Source: a virus (taxonomy: Duplodnaviria; Caudoviricetes). From it: a stretch of 64,000 nt of DNA. The notes beneath the pieces were generated by a model. The model did not search any database. It was given only the letters and a program-made list of their open reading frames with translations, and had not been told where the DNA came from. The translations under genes and the position numbers were made by a program. Position 1 is the stretch's first letter; each line of letters begins with the position of its first letter. The stretch lies in the IMG/VR virus record IMGVR_UViG_3300027708_000013; one strand, written 5' to 3'. Shown here piece after piece: positions 1-9,251 of the stretch.

Positions 1-570
1 ATTAGTGTTTTGCCCTATTGCATAAATCATTGTGGTCCACGCAGCTCTATCTACGCTGTCCCATGAATGATTTTCTAAAAATATCGTTGCGGTGTTACTG
101 GTTCTTGCTACGGCGGGCTGACTAAATTCACGATCTCGATAATCTTGATTTTTATAGTCCCGTAATGTAGTTATCACGCAACTGTCGGCCAGGTTACAAA
201 TTTTTGCTATTGATTCTCTTTGACTTTGTTCACAATCACTGTAAGTAAAATACTCATCAACTGCTATCACCAATTGGAATTTCTTGTGATATTTTGACAA
301 TTCAGTTTCAGGTATATACATAAACTCAATGCCGGACCGGGTCAAATACTCTCTAGCCTCTGAGCTGATGGCAGTTACTGAAACAGGTCGGGCATAATCA
401 ACAAATAAAAAACTACTGAACCCCACACACAATACAGTGGTGGGAATTAAATTGTGAAATTGTGCAATGTCACTTAGTATATCTTGTTTTTTTGCAACTA
501 TATCAGCGTGGCGAACATTGTCGCGAATGGCCAATAAATTAGCGTCGCCCACCTTGATAAAATCTTGCAT
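1..570 (-). CDS. hypothetical protein, 3'-truncated by window edge (>=190 aa, MQDFIKVGDANLLAIRD...)
   Basis: Not in the ORF track. I translated an open frame from ATG at 570 to position 1; a TATAAATA box lies at 592-599. Confidence 0.75.
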   Translation of the reverse strand, partial: MQDFIKVGDANLLAIRDNVRHADIVAKKQDILSDIAQFHNLIPTTVLCVGFSSFLFVDYARPVSVTAISSEAREYLTRSGIEFMYIPETELSKYHKKFQLVIAVDEYFTYSDCEQSQRESIAKICNLADSCVITTLRDYKNQDYRDREFSQPAVARTSNTATIFLENHSWDSVDRAAWTTMIYAIGQNTN

Positions 571-591
571 CAACAATCCTTGTTATGCAAA

Positions 592-599
592 TATTTATA
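592..599 (-). promoter_or_regulatory. T4-type late promoter TATAAATA
   Basis: Exact T4 late -10 consensus, 22 nt upstream of the ATG at 570. Confidence 0.6.
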
Positions 600-1512
600 A
601 AACACCACGTGCAAGATCTAACGTAACACAATGAAATCCACCACCCAAGGTACGGCTGTGTCTCAAGGTTCTGGGCACCACTGTAAAATTCTTTTTTAAT
701 AATGTTTCGATTAACTTGTGTTGTGCCGCATCCACAATCACTGTTTCAGGATCAACCACCAGCATGTTCATGGCTATCCATTTTGATGCGTAGGGATATT
801 GATAAAAATTCTGTGCCACAACATCATCAATGTATATACATTCCCAATCACGGAATACTCGGGGACAATTGTCCCGATTCACTCGAGATGCATTTAGCAA
901 TACCAAGCCTTCACGTACAGGAACAATGGTACTGTCAATATGTACACCTGCATAAAAATTACATAGTTCTATTGTAACATCAGGAAACTGTTCACACAAC
1001 CATTCGTATGCTGATCTATTACCAGATGCTGATTCTAAAAATAACCAAGTTGAGCCCAGTCTGCATATATTGGCTGCATCAAGTACCAAACCCTGATCTC
1101 TGGGCATGGTCAACACACGGCCTGCCAACATGGTGACATGTGCCAGTGCTTCTCTCTCCATGTCTCTACAAGGATACATCATGGCACAATCCACCACAGT
1201 GTCTCCCCATACTAAGAATCTATCTCTGGGGCAATAGTTATACATACCTCCAAACTCTTGGAAATTCATCTCTGCCGGGCGCCAAACTTCTACACCATGT
1301 TGTTCCAGTGTGGTGCATAATATGTCAAGATCTTCATTGGCTTCGTCAATGATATGTGGGGCAACTGGCCCAGCTGGCACAGCAGTTTCACGCCACGTGG
1401 TTTTTAAACTTTCTTGAGCAAATACTGGATCTGAGCTGGGCCAATTGGCATGATCTGCTGTGCCCACCACCACACGTTTTAATGAGTCCCATTCATTGAC
1501 TGTATTGATCAT
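595..1512 (-). CDS. amidinotransferase (glycine/inosamine-phosphate amidinotransferase family)
   Basis: NEWDSLKRVVVG N-terminus, YCPRD, HIDST and C-terminal GGGFHCVT (Asp/His/Cys catalytic set of the pentein fold). Confidence 0.88.
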   Translation of the reverse strand: MINTVNEWDSLKRVVVGTADHANWPSSDPVFAQESLKTTWRETAVPAGPVAPHIIDEANEDLDILCTTLEQHGVEVWRPAEMNFQEFGGMYNYCPRDRFLVWGDTVVDCAMMYPCRDMEREALAHVTMLAGRVLTMPRDQGLVLDAANICRLGSTWLFLESASGNRSAYEWLCEQFPDVTIELCNFYAGVHIDSTIVPVREGLVLLNASRVNRDNCPRVFRDWECIYIDDVVAQNFYQYPYASKWIAMNMLVVDPETVIVDAAQHKLIETLLKKNFTVVPRTLRHSRTLGGGFHCVTLDLARGVL

Positions 1513-2031
1513 CTAGACATGACCTGTGATCTGTACTGTATATCTTGGTTCTGTTCCTGTATTGCCGGCCATGTGTGGTGTTGCCCATGGCCACTCTATC
1601 ACTGTGCCCGCAGACCAAGGAGCTATATCCTCACCAGCACATTCGCTCGAGTGTCCTGGTTTCCATGCTTCTAAAAACACTATGGCACGTCTTATGGTGT
1701 GTTCACGACCCGCCAAGTTGAATAAATCAATGTATCGCACATACCGATCTTGATGTGTGGGCAATACAGTACCCGGCATCATTCTGTAGTAACTGGTGCC
1801 GATATCTTGCCATCCGTAACGTGTGAACAGGTCGATGAATCTTTGATTCCATCTTGGCTGTGGCTTACGCATGTCACACATGTCTCCGGTGACATTGGTA
1901 TATCCCTGACACCGCCACGAGGCCAGTTGTTCAGGGTCGTTGAACAGTTCTTGTGTATATTCTAGATCTCGGTATTCCCCGTTGGTCCAAAACGGAGTTA
2001 TCGAATATCTATTGTAATCTTGTATTGCCAT
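1513..2031 (-). CDS. putative 2OG-Fe(II) dioxygenase / cupin-fold hydroxylase
   Basis: HxD motif (PTHQD) and distal His (PHMAGN), followed by R-Y-T-V-Q-I-T-G. Confidence 0.6.
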   Translation of the reverse strand: MAIQDYNRYSITPFWTNGEYRDLEYTQELFNDPEQLASWRCQGYTNVTGDMCDMRKPQPRWNQRFIDLFTRYGWQDIGTSYYRMMPGTVLPTHQDRYVRYIDLFNLAGREHTIRRAIVFLEAWKPGHSSECAGEDIAPWSAGTVIEWPWATPHMAGNTGTEPRYTVQITGHV

Positions 2032-3235
2032 AGTGTACCACTGTTATTCCTGTGTTGGGTGTTGTGTAGGTTCTCCAAGGGTCAATAATCACGCTGGGAG
2101 GTTCTATCGCACAATATAATTTTTGTTCTTCCGTAACCCCACTGTAGCCATAGGTCACTTGCTGATTATGAGCCAATAACACTATACCTCGTATGCTGTT
2201 GGGAGTTGAAGGTTCTGTCAATGGATCAATATATGTCGGAGTAATACCAAATTCTTGTAGATAATGTCCCACTAATAAACTGTAACTGCCTTCTGTGTAT
2301 GACACTCCTGGTTTATATGCCCGACCGTGTATGTACACCGGTGCTGGGTCAGCATTGTAATACTGACAAACAAAGTTGGCCATGTTGCGAGCCTGCTGTT
2401 CTCTTGCTGTCATGATGGTGTCAAAAATATCGTAGCCAAGATCCAAGCGTTCTGCAAGATAACGCAAGGCAATGTTATCTCTTGGATGACATGGCCCTGC
2501 ATCTCCCATTCCTGCTGTCATGTATTTGGGGCCCATGATACGCATGGTACTTTTAGCCAAGGCATCGGTTACTACATCAACGTTGATATTGCCTTGACGC
2601 ACAGCAACATCCTGTATCATGTTTACCAAACCAATCTTTGCGGAGATGAAGGTATTATAAAACACCTTGATACATTCAGCTTCGTCCCACGTGCCCACTA
2701 CGTAACGTGGATTGTTTTCCATTAATGTATTATAGAAATCGGTTAACAAGCGAGCATCACCAGTCTCACTTCCGTCTTCTGTACCAATTATAACCATCTC
2801 GGGGTTAACCATGTCCCATTCTACTGAACCCATGGCGATTAAATATGGGTTATAAATGAAACGTGCATTGGTAATGTTCTTCTTCAGTTCTCTCCGTGTA
2901 GTGCCGGGTAGAACTGTGGAGATAAGTACCACTAGTTGGTCCTGTGTTGCAAATTCATTTACTTGTTTGAGTACTGCATTTACTATTGTATAGTCAAAGT
3001 CTCTATTTGCCAAATGAGCAATGGGTCGCTCTCCGCCATACGCAACATCATGTGGAGTTGGCACTGCAATAAAGATTAGTTCTTTCCCCTCTACTGCTTG
3101 TTGCAGTGTAGCGGCAATTTTTATACGACTACTGGTGACTGGATAAATATCGTAGCCGGTTACTGTGTGTTTGCTTGCCATTGTTTCGGCACAGGCCAGC
3201 CCTAATTTTCCAATTCCTATAAAGCCTACGTTCAT
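2009..3235 (-). CDS. ugd: UDP-glucose/GDP-mannose dehydrogenase family protein
   Basis: Rossmann GIGKLG, IAVPTP, STVLPGTT, YNPYLI, EAECIKVFYN, catalytic Cys in GPCHPRD, YKPG. Confidence 0.88.
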   Translation of the reverse strand: MNVGFIGIGKLGLACAETMASKHTVTGYDIYPVTSSRIKIAATLQQAVEGKELIFIAVPTPHDVAYGGERPIAHLANRDFDYTIVNAVLKQVNEFATQDQLVVLISTVLPGTTRRELKKNITNARFIYNPYLIAMGSVEWDMVNPEMVIIGTEDGSETGDARLLTDFYNTLMENNPRYVVGTWDEAECIKVFYNTFISAKIGLVNMIQDVAVRQGNINVDVVTDALAKSTMRIMGPKYMTAGMGDAGPCHPRDNIALRYLAERLDLGYDIFDTIMTAREQQARNMANFVCQYYNADPAPVYIHGRAYKPGVSYTEGSYSLLVGHYLQEFGITPTYIDPLTEPSTPNSIRGIVLLAHNQQVTYGYSGVTEEQKLYCAIEPPSVIIDPWRTYTTPNTGITVVHYGNTRLQ

Positions 3236-3238
3236 TTA

Positions 3239-4426
3239 ATGTTTTCCTTAGACAAATTTTACCACATACTACACGATAACCTAATATCACATTTACCACA
3301 CAGTGAATCATTTTGGTGCTATCCTTTTGGCACTTATGATGGTTATGAATCAATTACACAACCAAACCCTCATCAACCAAAAACAAATTTTCAATTTTAT
3401 TTTTATGATCAAGAACCATATTATGACTTTAGTTTAGATATAATTAAAAATTATATTGAAAACTCGCATAGACGAATGAATCGTTTTTGCATACTGGCCA
3501 ATAGTGAACATTCAGAATTAAAAACTCAATTCATCAACTACAATGAATATTACGATTGGTATTATTTTTTTCACGGTTTTGTGGCACTAGATTGGTATCG
3601 AGATTTTCAATATATGAATCCAAATTCATTTAATCAGTTTGATAAAGTATTTATATGTTACAATCACCTGACTAGTAAATTTCGATCTTATCGTTTACAT
3701 CTTGTGTCTAATTTGATACTGCAGGATTTAATACCATATGGTAGAGTAAGTTTATTCCTTGACGATAGCACAGGTACATGGCAACAAGCAATACAAGATC
3801 CTGAAAGTCTTTTAGACTCTCGAGCTAAAATTAAAATATACACGGCGCTTAAAGATCGCACTGAACCGTTGACCATAGACACTGCTACTCCAGTGGGCAA
3901 TTTAAGTGCCACGGTTAATTTTAAAGATTTAACCAGTGCGTTATGGCATATAGTTACTGAAACTGTGTACTTTGACAGTAAACTACATCTAACAGAAAAA
4001 ATATTTAAACCCATTGTTGCTCGGCGTCCGTTCATACTTGTAGCAGCTCCGGGTAATCTTGCCTATTTAAAAAGTTATGGCTTTCGCACATTTGATCGTT
4101 GGATAGACGAAAGTTACGACCAAGAAACTGATCATTACTTAAGAATAGAAAAAATAACAGAGGAAATAGCAAAATTGTGTGCCCGTGAACCCAGTGATTT
4201 GATCATGATGCATGAAGAGATGCAAGAGGTATTGGAATATAATTTCAATCACTTTTATATAACATTTAAAGATCTTATAGTAGACGAACTAGTAGATAAC
4301 TTTGAACAAGTGATTGATCAAATAAATTGTACACCAACTCCAATGGTACATGTTGTTCAACCACACCAACATATTGATTTTCCAGAAAACTATTTGGCAG
4401 AAGTTAAAAAACGTCTTAAGCAATAA
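3239..4426 (+). CDS. glycosyltransferase-like protein (GT10/fucosyltransferase-like TEK motif family of large phages)
   Basis: IVTETVY...LTEKIFKPI...PFILV...LKSYGFRTF...IDESYD block; paralogous to 33718-34782; AT-rich and inverted relative to neighbours. Confidence 0.55.
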   Translation: MFSLDKFYHILHDNLISHLPHSESFWCYPFGTYDGYESITQPNPHQPKTNFQFYFYDQEPYYDFSLDIIKNYIENSHRRMNRFCILANSEHSELKTQFINYNEYYDWYYFFHGFVALDWYRDFQYMNPNSFNQFDKVFICYNHLTSKFRSYRLHLVSNLILQDLIPYGRVSLFLDDSTGTWQQAIQDPESLLDSRAKIKIYTALKDRTEPLTIDTATPVGNLSATVNFKDLTSALWHIVTETVYFDSKLHLTEKIFKPIVARRPFILVAAPGNLAYLKSYGFRTFDRWIDESYDQETDHYLRIEKITEEIAKLCAREPSDLIMMHEEMQEVLEYNFNHFYITFKDLIVDELVDNFEQVIDQINCTPTPMVHVVQPHQHIDFPENYLAEVKKRLKQ

Positions 4427-4429
4427 ATA
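4423..4429 (+). promoter_or_regulatory. late-type promoter ATAAATA
   Basis: TAAATA core 42 nt upstream of the 4471 operon. Confidence 0.45.
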
Positions 4430-4470
4430 CTTGAAATAGAACAGTTGAAACTGTCAAACAAGGATCTGGA

Positions 4471-4752
4471 ATGGGTGATATATTTAAGGTCATAGGCGAT
4501 CTAGGAATGCCAGTGGTTGCAGCATTGGCGGGAGGATACTTTGTGTATCTCACATTGAAATTGTTATTGGCTGGAGTACTCAGCAACATCAAAAGCATGG
4601 CCGGTATCATTACAGCCCTGGACAATAGAGTTAAAACAATGAATCATGATGTCATAAGAATTGACACTGTGGTGTCAAATGCACTAGGATTAAAACCAGA
4701 TGTAGAACGCATTAGTCGTGCAGATGGTAAGTCAGATGCGAGACGCGACTAA
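4471..4752 (+). CDS. small membrane protein (YvrJ/BhlA-holin-like), paralogue 1
   Basis: N-terminal TM (LGMPVVAALAGGYFVYLTLKLLLAGVL) then coiled coil LDNRVKTMNHDVIRID. Confidence 0.6.
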   Translation: MGDIFKVIGDLGMPVVAALAGGYFVYLTLKLLLAGVLSNIKSMAGIITALDNRVKTMNHDVIRIDTVVSNALGLKPDVERISRADGKSDARRD

Positions 4753-4931
4753 TGAAACACTGGGACTACGAGTGGGACATTTACCCTAACTATCTACTAA
4801 TAGATCGCGAGTTAAATTTAGATTGCTTGGGATGGAAAGCAGGAGATCTATTTAGACTTGAAAATTATAATGGTCAGCCCATGCTTAAAAAAGTTGACCC
4901 TGTGGAAAAATTTGTAAGAGGATACGAGTAA
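4752..4931 (+). CDS. hypothetical 59-aa protein (MKHWDYEWDIYPNY...VRGYE)
   Basis: Below the track cut-off; joined to both neighbours by TAATG overlaps. Confidence 0.7.
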   Translation: MKHWDYEWDIYPNYLLIDRELNLDCLGWKAGDLFRLENYNGQPMLKKVDPVEKFVRGYE

Positions 4932-5242
4932 TGGACATTGTAGAACTGGTAAACAAATATGGATTCCCTGTTGTAATGATGGTGGGCCTGGGCTATATTA
5001 TAAAATATGTATGGGAATGGGCAACAAAAGAAGTTAAACCTGTTATCTCAGATGCCAACACTGTGCTTATTGCACTGATTGACCGTATTCGTATGTTGGA
5101 CAACGATCTTATCAGATTGAATCAAAAGGTCAATACTGTGTTACACTTACGTGGCAAAAGCATCGAGCATGAACGTGTAGCAGCTGAACGAGAAATTAAC
5201 AAAACTGTTGATGATCGAGAAGCCTCGGGCGGTAACGGTTAA
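4931..5242 (+). CDS. small membrane protein (YvrJ/BhlA-holin-like), paralogue 2
   Basis: KYGFPVVMMVGLGYIIKYVW TM then LIDRIRMLDNDLIRLN, which aligns by eye with 4471-4752. Confidence 0.6.
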   Translation: MDIVELVNKYGFPVVMMVGLGYIIKYVWEWATKEVKPVISDANTVLIALIDRIRMLDNDLIRLNQKVNTVLHLRGKSIEHERVAAEREINKTVDDREASGGNG

Positions 5243-7252
5243 TTACTTGCTGGTGGCACGGTAGGTGCCTGACCAGTCTTTAGGCACACCTTCTGCCAAT
5301 CTCAAGCTCATGCTTTTGTAGTACTCAGTTAACTCTGGCGATTGATTCGTACAATACTCTACCATTTGTAGTGCCTTCTTCCAGTTGCCAGCATAGTAGT
5401 GTCTTAAAAACTCTTGATGACCCAATTTAGTTTCAGCCAGTGTATAAATTTTTACACCTTGAGTTTTACCTTTTACAGCAATACAATCTAGTTCGGCTAC
5501 GGGATATGTATCTTTTACCAATTCCGCAGTGCGTTGACCAAGTACAATTTTGACACCGTACGGCTTGCTTTGTCCTTCCAGTCTACTCGCCAAATTGACG
5601 CCATCGCCCAAGCAAGTATAGTCAAAGCGTTGATCAGATCCCATGTTACCCACCACAACACTTGCACTGTTGATGCCAAGCCCCATGCCAAAAGCCGGCA
5701 CACCTTCTGCTGTAATTTCTCTATTAAATTCATCCAAACTCTCCATCATTTCCAACGCTGTGCGTACTGCGTCTACCGCATGTTGTGGGTTATCTAACGG
5801 TGCGTTCCAAAATGCCATCTGTGCATCACCAATGTATTTGTCCAGTGTGCCTTTGTTCTCAAGTATACGTTTGGTCATTGCTGTCATGTAACGATTCATG
5901 ATCTTTGTAAGACCCTGTACATCTGCTCCGTAATGTTCACTAATGGTGGTGAATCCACGCACATCGGTAAACATGATGGACAGTTCACGTTCCTCACCAC
6001 CCAAGGTCAACAGTTCTGGTTGACGCTGTAACTGTGCCACTAGGTCCGGACTTAGATAAGTTCCAAACTGCCGTTTAATCTGTTGTTTTTGTAGGAACTC
6101 GCTTACAAATTTAACACCATAGGCATGAAGCATAACCAGTACAAGGCCAGCGACCAAACCAGTAACATCAATAAGCCAATGGTACTGCGAGTAAGCCAAC
6201 TGGCTAGCAAAAACAACCCCCACAACAACCCCCACACTAGATATGATTCCCACATACATCCACCTCGTTAAAAATAGTAGTACTACTGCCAACACAGCCA
6301 ATCCCGCAAGTTCTGCACCATCTGCCCAAGCGGGTCTTTGTATATTTACACCACGAGCCACAGTTGCTATTACTGCAGCCTGTACGTCTTGTGGCCACAC
6401 AGCACCCACAGCAGTGGGCACTGGATTTGCTATGCCCGCGGCCGTAACCCCCACTATCACTATAGAATTATCGAACGTGTTGGGCAAATCTGTCATACTG
6501 ACCGCACGACTGCGTTGACTCCAGTCAATCCAAATTCTTCCTGACCTGTCAGTGTCAAGTATGCCTATACCACCGGGTCCACGCATCTTTTCAATACCCA
6601 ACTCACTCATTTTGATTTGAAAGTTAGTGTTGCCCTCTGCTGTCATCAGTGTGGCTAAACTGGCAGATGGATACAAGTTGCCATCAATTGCTACTACCAA
6701 GGGCATGCGACGAACAACACCATCAATTTCTGGCAGTGTGTTAACTATGCCCGAGCTTGCCGCAGCAAACTCTAAAGCAGGAATGTTTGCTATCATGCCG
6801 GGATAAGTGACTATGAGTTCGCCGTGATTGCTTCCAATAACGCTGGAGCCGGGTGGGCGTGGTGTGTTTTTATTTTGACCTGCAGGAATGTTGCTGAGTA
6901 CTACCGGATACTTCTTCAATACTTGAATCAGTGCGGCATCACCACCGGATCTATCCCGTTCACTCATTACAATGTTAAACACCACTAAGCCGGCACCTCT
7001 TTTGTAAAGGTCTCGGATCAAGTCAGCATACACACGCCGATCAAAAGGATACTGCCCATGCTGTGCTAGTGCGGCTTCGTCTATATTAATTGTGTAAATG
7101 TTGTTTAGTGTGGGTGCTTTGGCAGTGATTACAGTGTCAAAATATCTTAGTCTTACACTTTCAACAAATGTAGGATCTGCAATTCTAACGGCCAACACTA
7201 GTGCCAGTGTAAGCAAGGCTGTCCAAGGTGAGGTTAATATTTTTTTCATCAT
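5243..7252 (-). CDS. CHASE2-domain class III adenylate cyclase (membrane sensor)
   Basis: N-terminal TM, CHASE2 motifs (IDEAAL...YPFDRR, DGVVRRMPL), three TMs, then FTDVRGFT, DKYIGDA, RFDYT, GDGVNLASRLEG, VKGK. Confidence 0.93.
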   Translation of the reverse strand: MMKKILTSPWTALLTLALVLAVRIADPTFVESVRLRYFDTVITAKAPTLNNIYTINIDEAALAQHGQYPFDRRVYADLIRDLYKRGAGLVVFNIVMSERDRSGGDAALIQVLKKYPVVLSNIPAGQNKNTPRPPGSSVIGSNHGELIVTYPGMIANIPALEFAAASSGIVNTLPEIDGVVRRMPLVVAIDGNLYPSASLATLMTAEGNTNFQIKMSELGIEKMRGPGGIGILDTDRSGRIWIDWSQRSRAVSMTDLPNTFDNSIVIVGVTAAGIANPVPTAVGAVWPQDVQAAVIATVARGVNIQRPAWADGAELAGLAVLAVVLLFLTRWMYVGIISSVGVVVGVVFASQLAYSQYHWLIDVTGLVAGLVLVMLHAYGVKFVSEFLQKQQIKRQFGTYLSPDLVAQLQRQPELLTLGGEERELSIMFTDVRGFTTISEHYGADVQGLTKIMNRYMTAMTKRILENKGTLDKYIGDAQMAFWNAPLDNPQHAVDAVRTALEMMESLDEFNREITAEGVPAFGMGLGINSASVVVGNMGSDQRFDYTCLGDGVNLASRLEGQSKPYGVKIVLGQRTAELVKDTYPVAELDCIAVKGKTQGVKIYTLAETKLGHQEFLRHYYAGNWKKALQMVEYCTNQSPELTEYYKSMSLRLAEGVPKDWSGTYRATSK

Positions 7253-8133
7253 TGTATTTTAAACTTTACGTATTCTGTAATTAAATCAGCCACATCTACA
7301 CCACAATAGGTTTCAAATCCCAAAAATCCTGGATTACTGTTGGCCTCGCATACTCTAAAACCTCTGGTGTCGAACAGGAGGTCTATGCCGGCTATGTCCA
7401 AGTTCAGTGCCTTGGCAGTTTCTCTGGCTAAAAAATCTATTTCTTCTGTAACTTCAAAGTTTGAACCAGTGCCACCATTGGTGATGTTGGCACGAAAATC
7501 GCCTTCGGGTGCTGTGCGTTTCATTGCACCTATTACTTTGCCACCTATCACCAGCACACGTAGATCTTCGCCCACACGTTCACCGAGATATTCTTGTACT
7601 ATCAATGTTTTTTTATTGCCTAGATTTTTAATAAACTCCATGAGCTTTTTAAAATCTCTACTGCGTTCGCAGAGATAAACCCCTTCGCCGTACGATCCTG
7701 TAACAACCTTGACCACACAGGGAAATCCTATGTTTTCTTTAACCAAAGTCTCGTCTATGGGGAAACGCACCATCATGGTGTTGGGAATGGGTATACCGTG
7801 GCGGCTTAGAATCTGGCTGGTACGCAGTTTGTCTTTTACAGTTTCTATAGCAGTGGCGCCATTTACACAGGGTACACCGGCTTGTTCAAAATGACGCACC
7901 ACAGCCAACTGAAATGGTAGTATGCCGGCGCCCAATCGTACTAGGACTAGTTTGGGCATTTCAATGGTTTCACCTCGCAGTTTGATGCCTTGACGTATGT
8001 TACGATCCACAATGATGTCAAAATCATCAGGGTGTGCCATCACAGCATCAATGTTCTTTTTAGCAAAACTCTCCATTAATCGCTCGCACTCGTATTCGTT
8101 GCGATCTAATTTAGTTAATATCAACACTGTCAT
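7249..8133 (-). CDS. rimK: RimK-family ATP-grasp alpha-L-glutamate ligase
   Basis: DKLRTSQIL, PCVVKVVTGSYGEGV, VQEYL, DLRVLVIG, FRANITNGG, GIDLL, EANSNPG. Confidence 0.85.
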   Translation of the reverse strand: MTVLILTKLDRNEYECERLMESFAKKNIDAVMAHPDDFDIIVDRNIRQGIKLRGETIEMPKLVLVRLGAGILPFQLAVVRHFEQAGVPCVNGATAIETVKDKLRTSQILSRHGIPIPNTMMVRFPIDETLVKENIGFPCVVKVVTGSYGEGVYLCERSRDFKKLMEFIKNLGNKKTLIVQEYLGERVGEDLRVLVIGGKVIGAMKRTAPEGDFRANITNGGTGSNFEVTEEIDFLARETAKALNLDIAGIDLLFDTRGFRVCEANSNPGFLGFETYCGVDVADLITEYVKFKIQ

Positions 8134-8885
8134 TGAATTTCATTCCAAGTTACTATTTCCCAACTGCCGTCCCAATTTTCCACAAGAGCCGAGCAACTTT
8201 CTACCCAGTCCCCATCGTTCATGTACACAATGCCTTCTATGTCACGTATTTCTGCTGTGTGTATGTGTCCACATATTATACCATCGTAACCCTTGCTTCT
8301 ACAATAGTTGGCCAATAATCGTTCAAAATTTAATATATACGCCACTGCCTGTTTGGTATTGTGTTTGATCCATTTGCTCATGCTCCAGTAGGGCAAGCCT
8401 AACCAACTGCGAACCACAGCATGATAATCATTGAGTTTGATAATAATGTCGTATAACTTGTCACCAATGTGCATGAGCCAACGTCCCGAACTGGCATGCA
8501 TCAAACTGTCAAACATGTCTCCGTGTACTATTAGATATCTATTGCCATCTAATCCTACATGTTCATAGCGATTCACCACAGTTAAATTGCCCAGTACCGG
8601 AATAAAATGCAACCATTTTCTTAAAACTTCGTCATGGTTGCCTACGACATAAACAACCTGTGTGCCTTTTTTAGCAATTTTTAATATTTTACGTATGATG
8701 TCGGAATGACTTTCGGGCCAATACCACGATTGACTCAATCGCCAACCATCAACAATGTCGCCTACCAAGTAAAGATGGTCTGCTGTGTTGTGTTTGAGAA
8801 AATTCTTTAACAGCTCGGCCTTGCAACCTCTACTGCCTAAATGTACATCGCTGATTGATATGGTTCTATACTTGTTTTTTGACAT
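8130..8885 (-). CDS. calcineurin-like metallophosphoesterase (UDP-2,3-diacylglucosamine hydrolase-like)
   Basis: SDVHLG, VGDIVDGW, GNHD, HGD, GHIH and NDGDWVESCSAL motifs. Confidence 0.85.
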   Translation of the reverse strand: MSKNKYRTISISDVHLGSRGCKAELLKNFLKHNTADHLYLVGDIVDGWRLSQSWYWPESHSDIIRKILKIAKKGTQVVYVVGNHDEVLRKWLHFIPVLGNLTVVNRYEHVGLDGNRYLIVHGDMFDSLMHASSGRWLMHIGDKLYDIIIKLNDYHAVVRSWLGLPYWSMSKWIKHNTKQAVAYILNFERLLANYCRSKGYDGIICGHIHTAEIRDIEGIVYMNDGDWVESCSALVENWDGSWEIVTWNEIQ

Positions 8886-8903
8886 GATGTTTGATAAAAA
8901 CAG

Positions 8904-9188
8904 TTACAGAGATTTGCCGAGTTTTTTTACACCAAAAGCCAACCCACAAGCATATTCTCCTTGCAATTCTACCAAGGTCCAAGTGCCAGTAGTTTCATTA
9001 CGAAACATTACAACCATACTTTTTTTATCGTTCTGCAGATTATAGTCCGTAAATGTCGGAACTTCTCCGTATCGTTTCAGCTCCTTAATAGCCAGTTCAA
9101 CTGGCGCACAAGTAACAGGTTTAAATGTTTCAATGTTTTGTGCCGATACAACAACAGGGAACATAAGTGCGAGCAAGAGTTTTTGCAT
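8904..9188 (-). CDS. small secreted protein
   Basis: Signal-peptide-like MQKLLLALMFPVVVSA from ATG 9188, just downstream of the ATAAATA box. Confidence 0.6.
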   Translation of the reverse strand: MQKLLLALMFPVVVSAQNIETFKPVTCAPVELAIKELKRYGEVPTFTDYNLQNDKKSMVVMFRNETTGTWTLVELQGEYACGLAFGVKKLGKSL

Positions 9189-9210
9189 AGTGGATCCAAT
9201 CAATTTACAG

Positions 9211-9217
9211 TATTTAT
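9211..9217 (-). promoter_or_regulatory. late-type promoter ATAAATA
   Basis: TAAATA core upstream of the run 9188 to metallophosphoesterase to rimK to cyclase. Confidence 0.45.
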
Positions 9218-9251
9218 TGAGCGTTAACACCCTGTTGTAAAAACGTATGGT

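Noticed and set aside
1510-1515. TAG of the oxygenase is immediately followed in frame by the amidinotransferase ATG, suggesting amber read-through or TAG recoding
   Set aside because: Long conserved genes (nrdA, nrdB, helicase, uvsW, cyclase) are full length in code 11 with no internal TAG, and both ORFs have normal stand-alone sizes.
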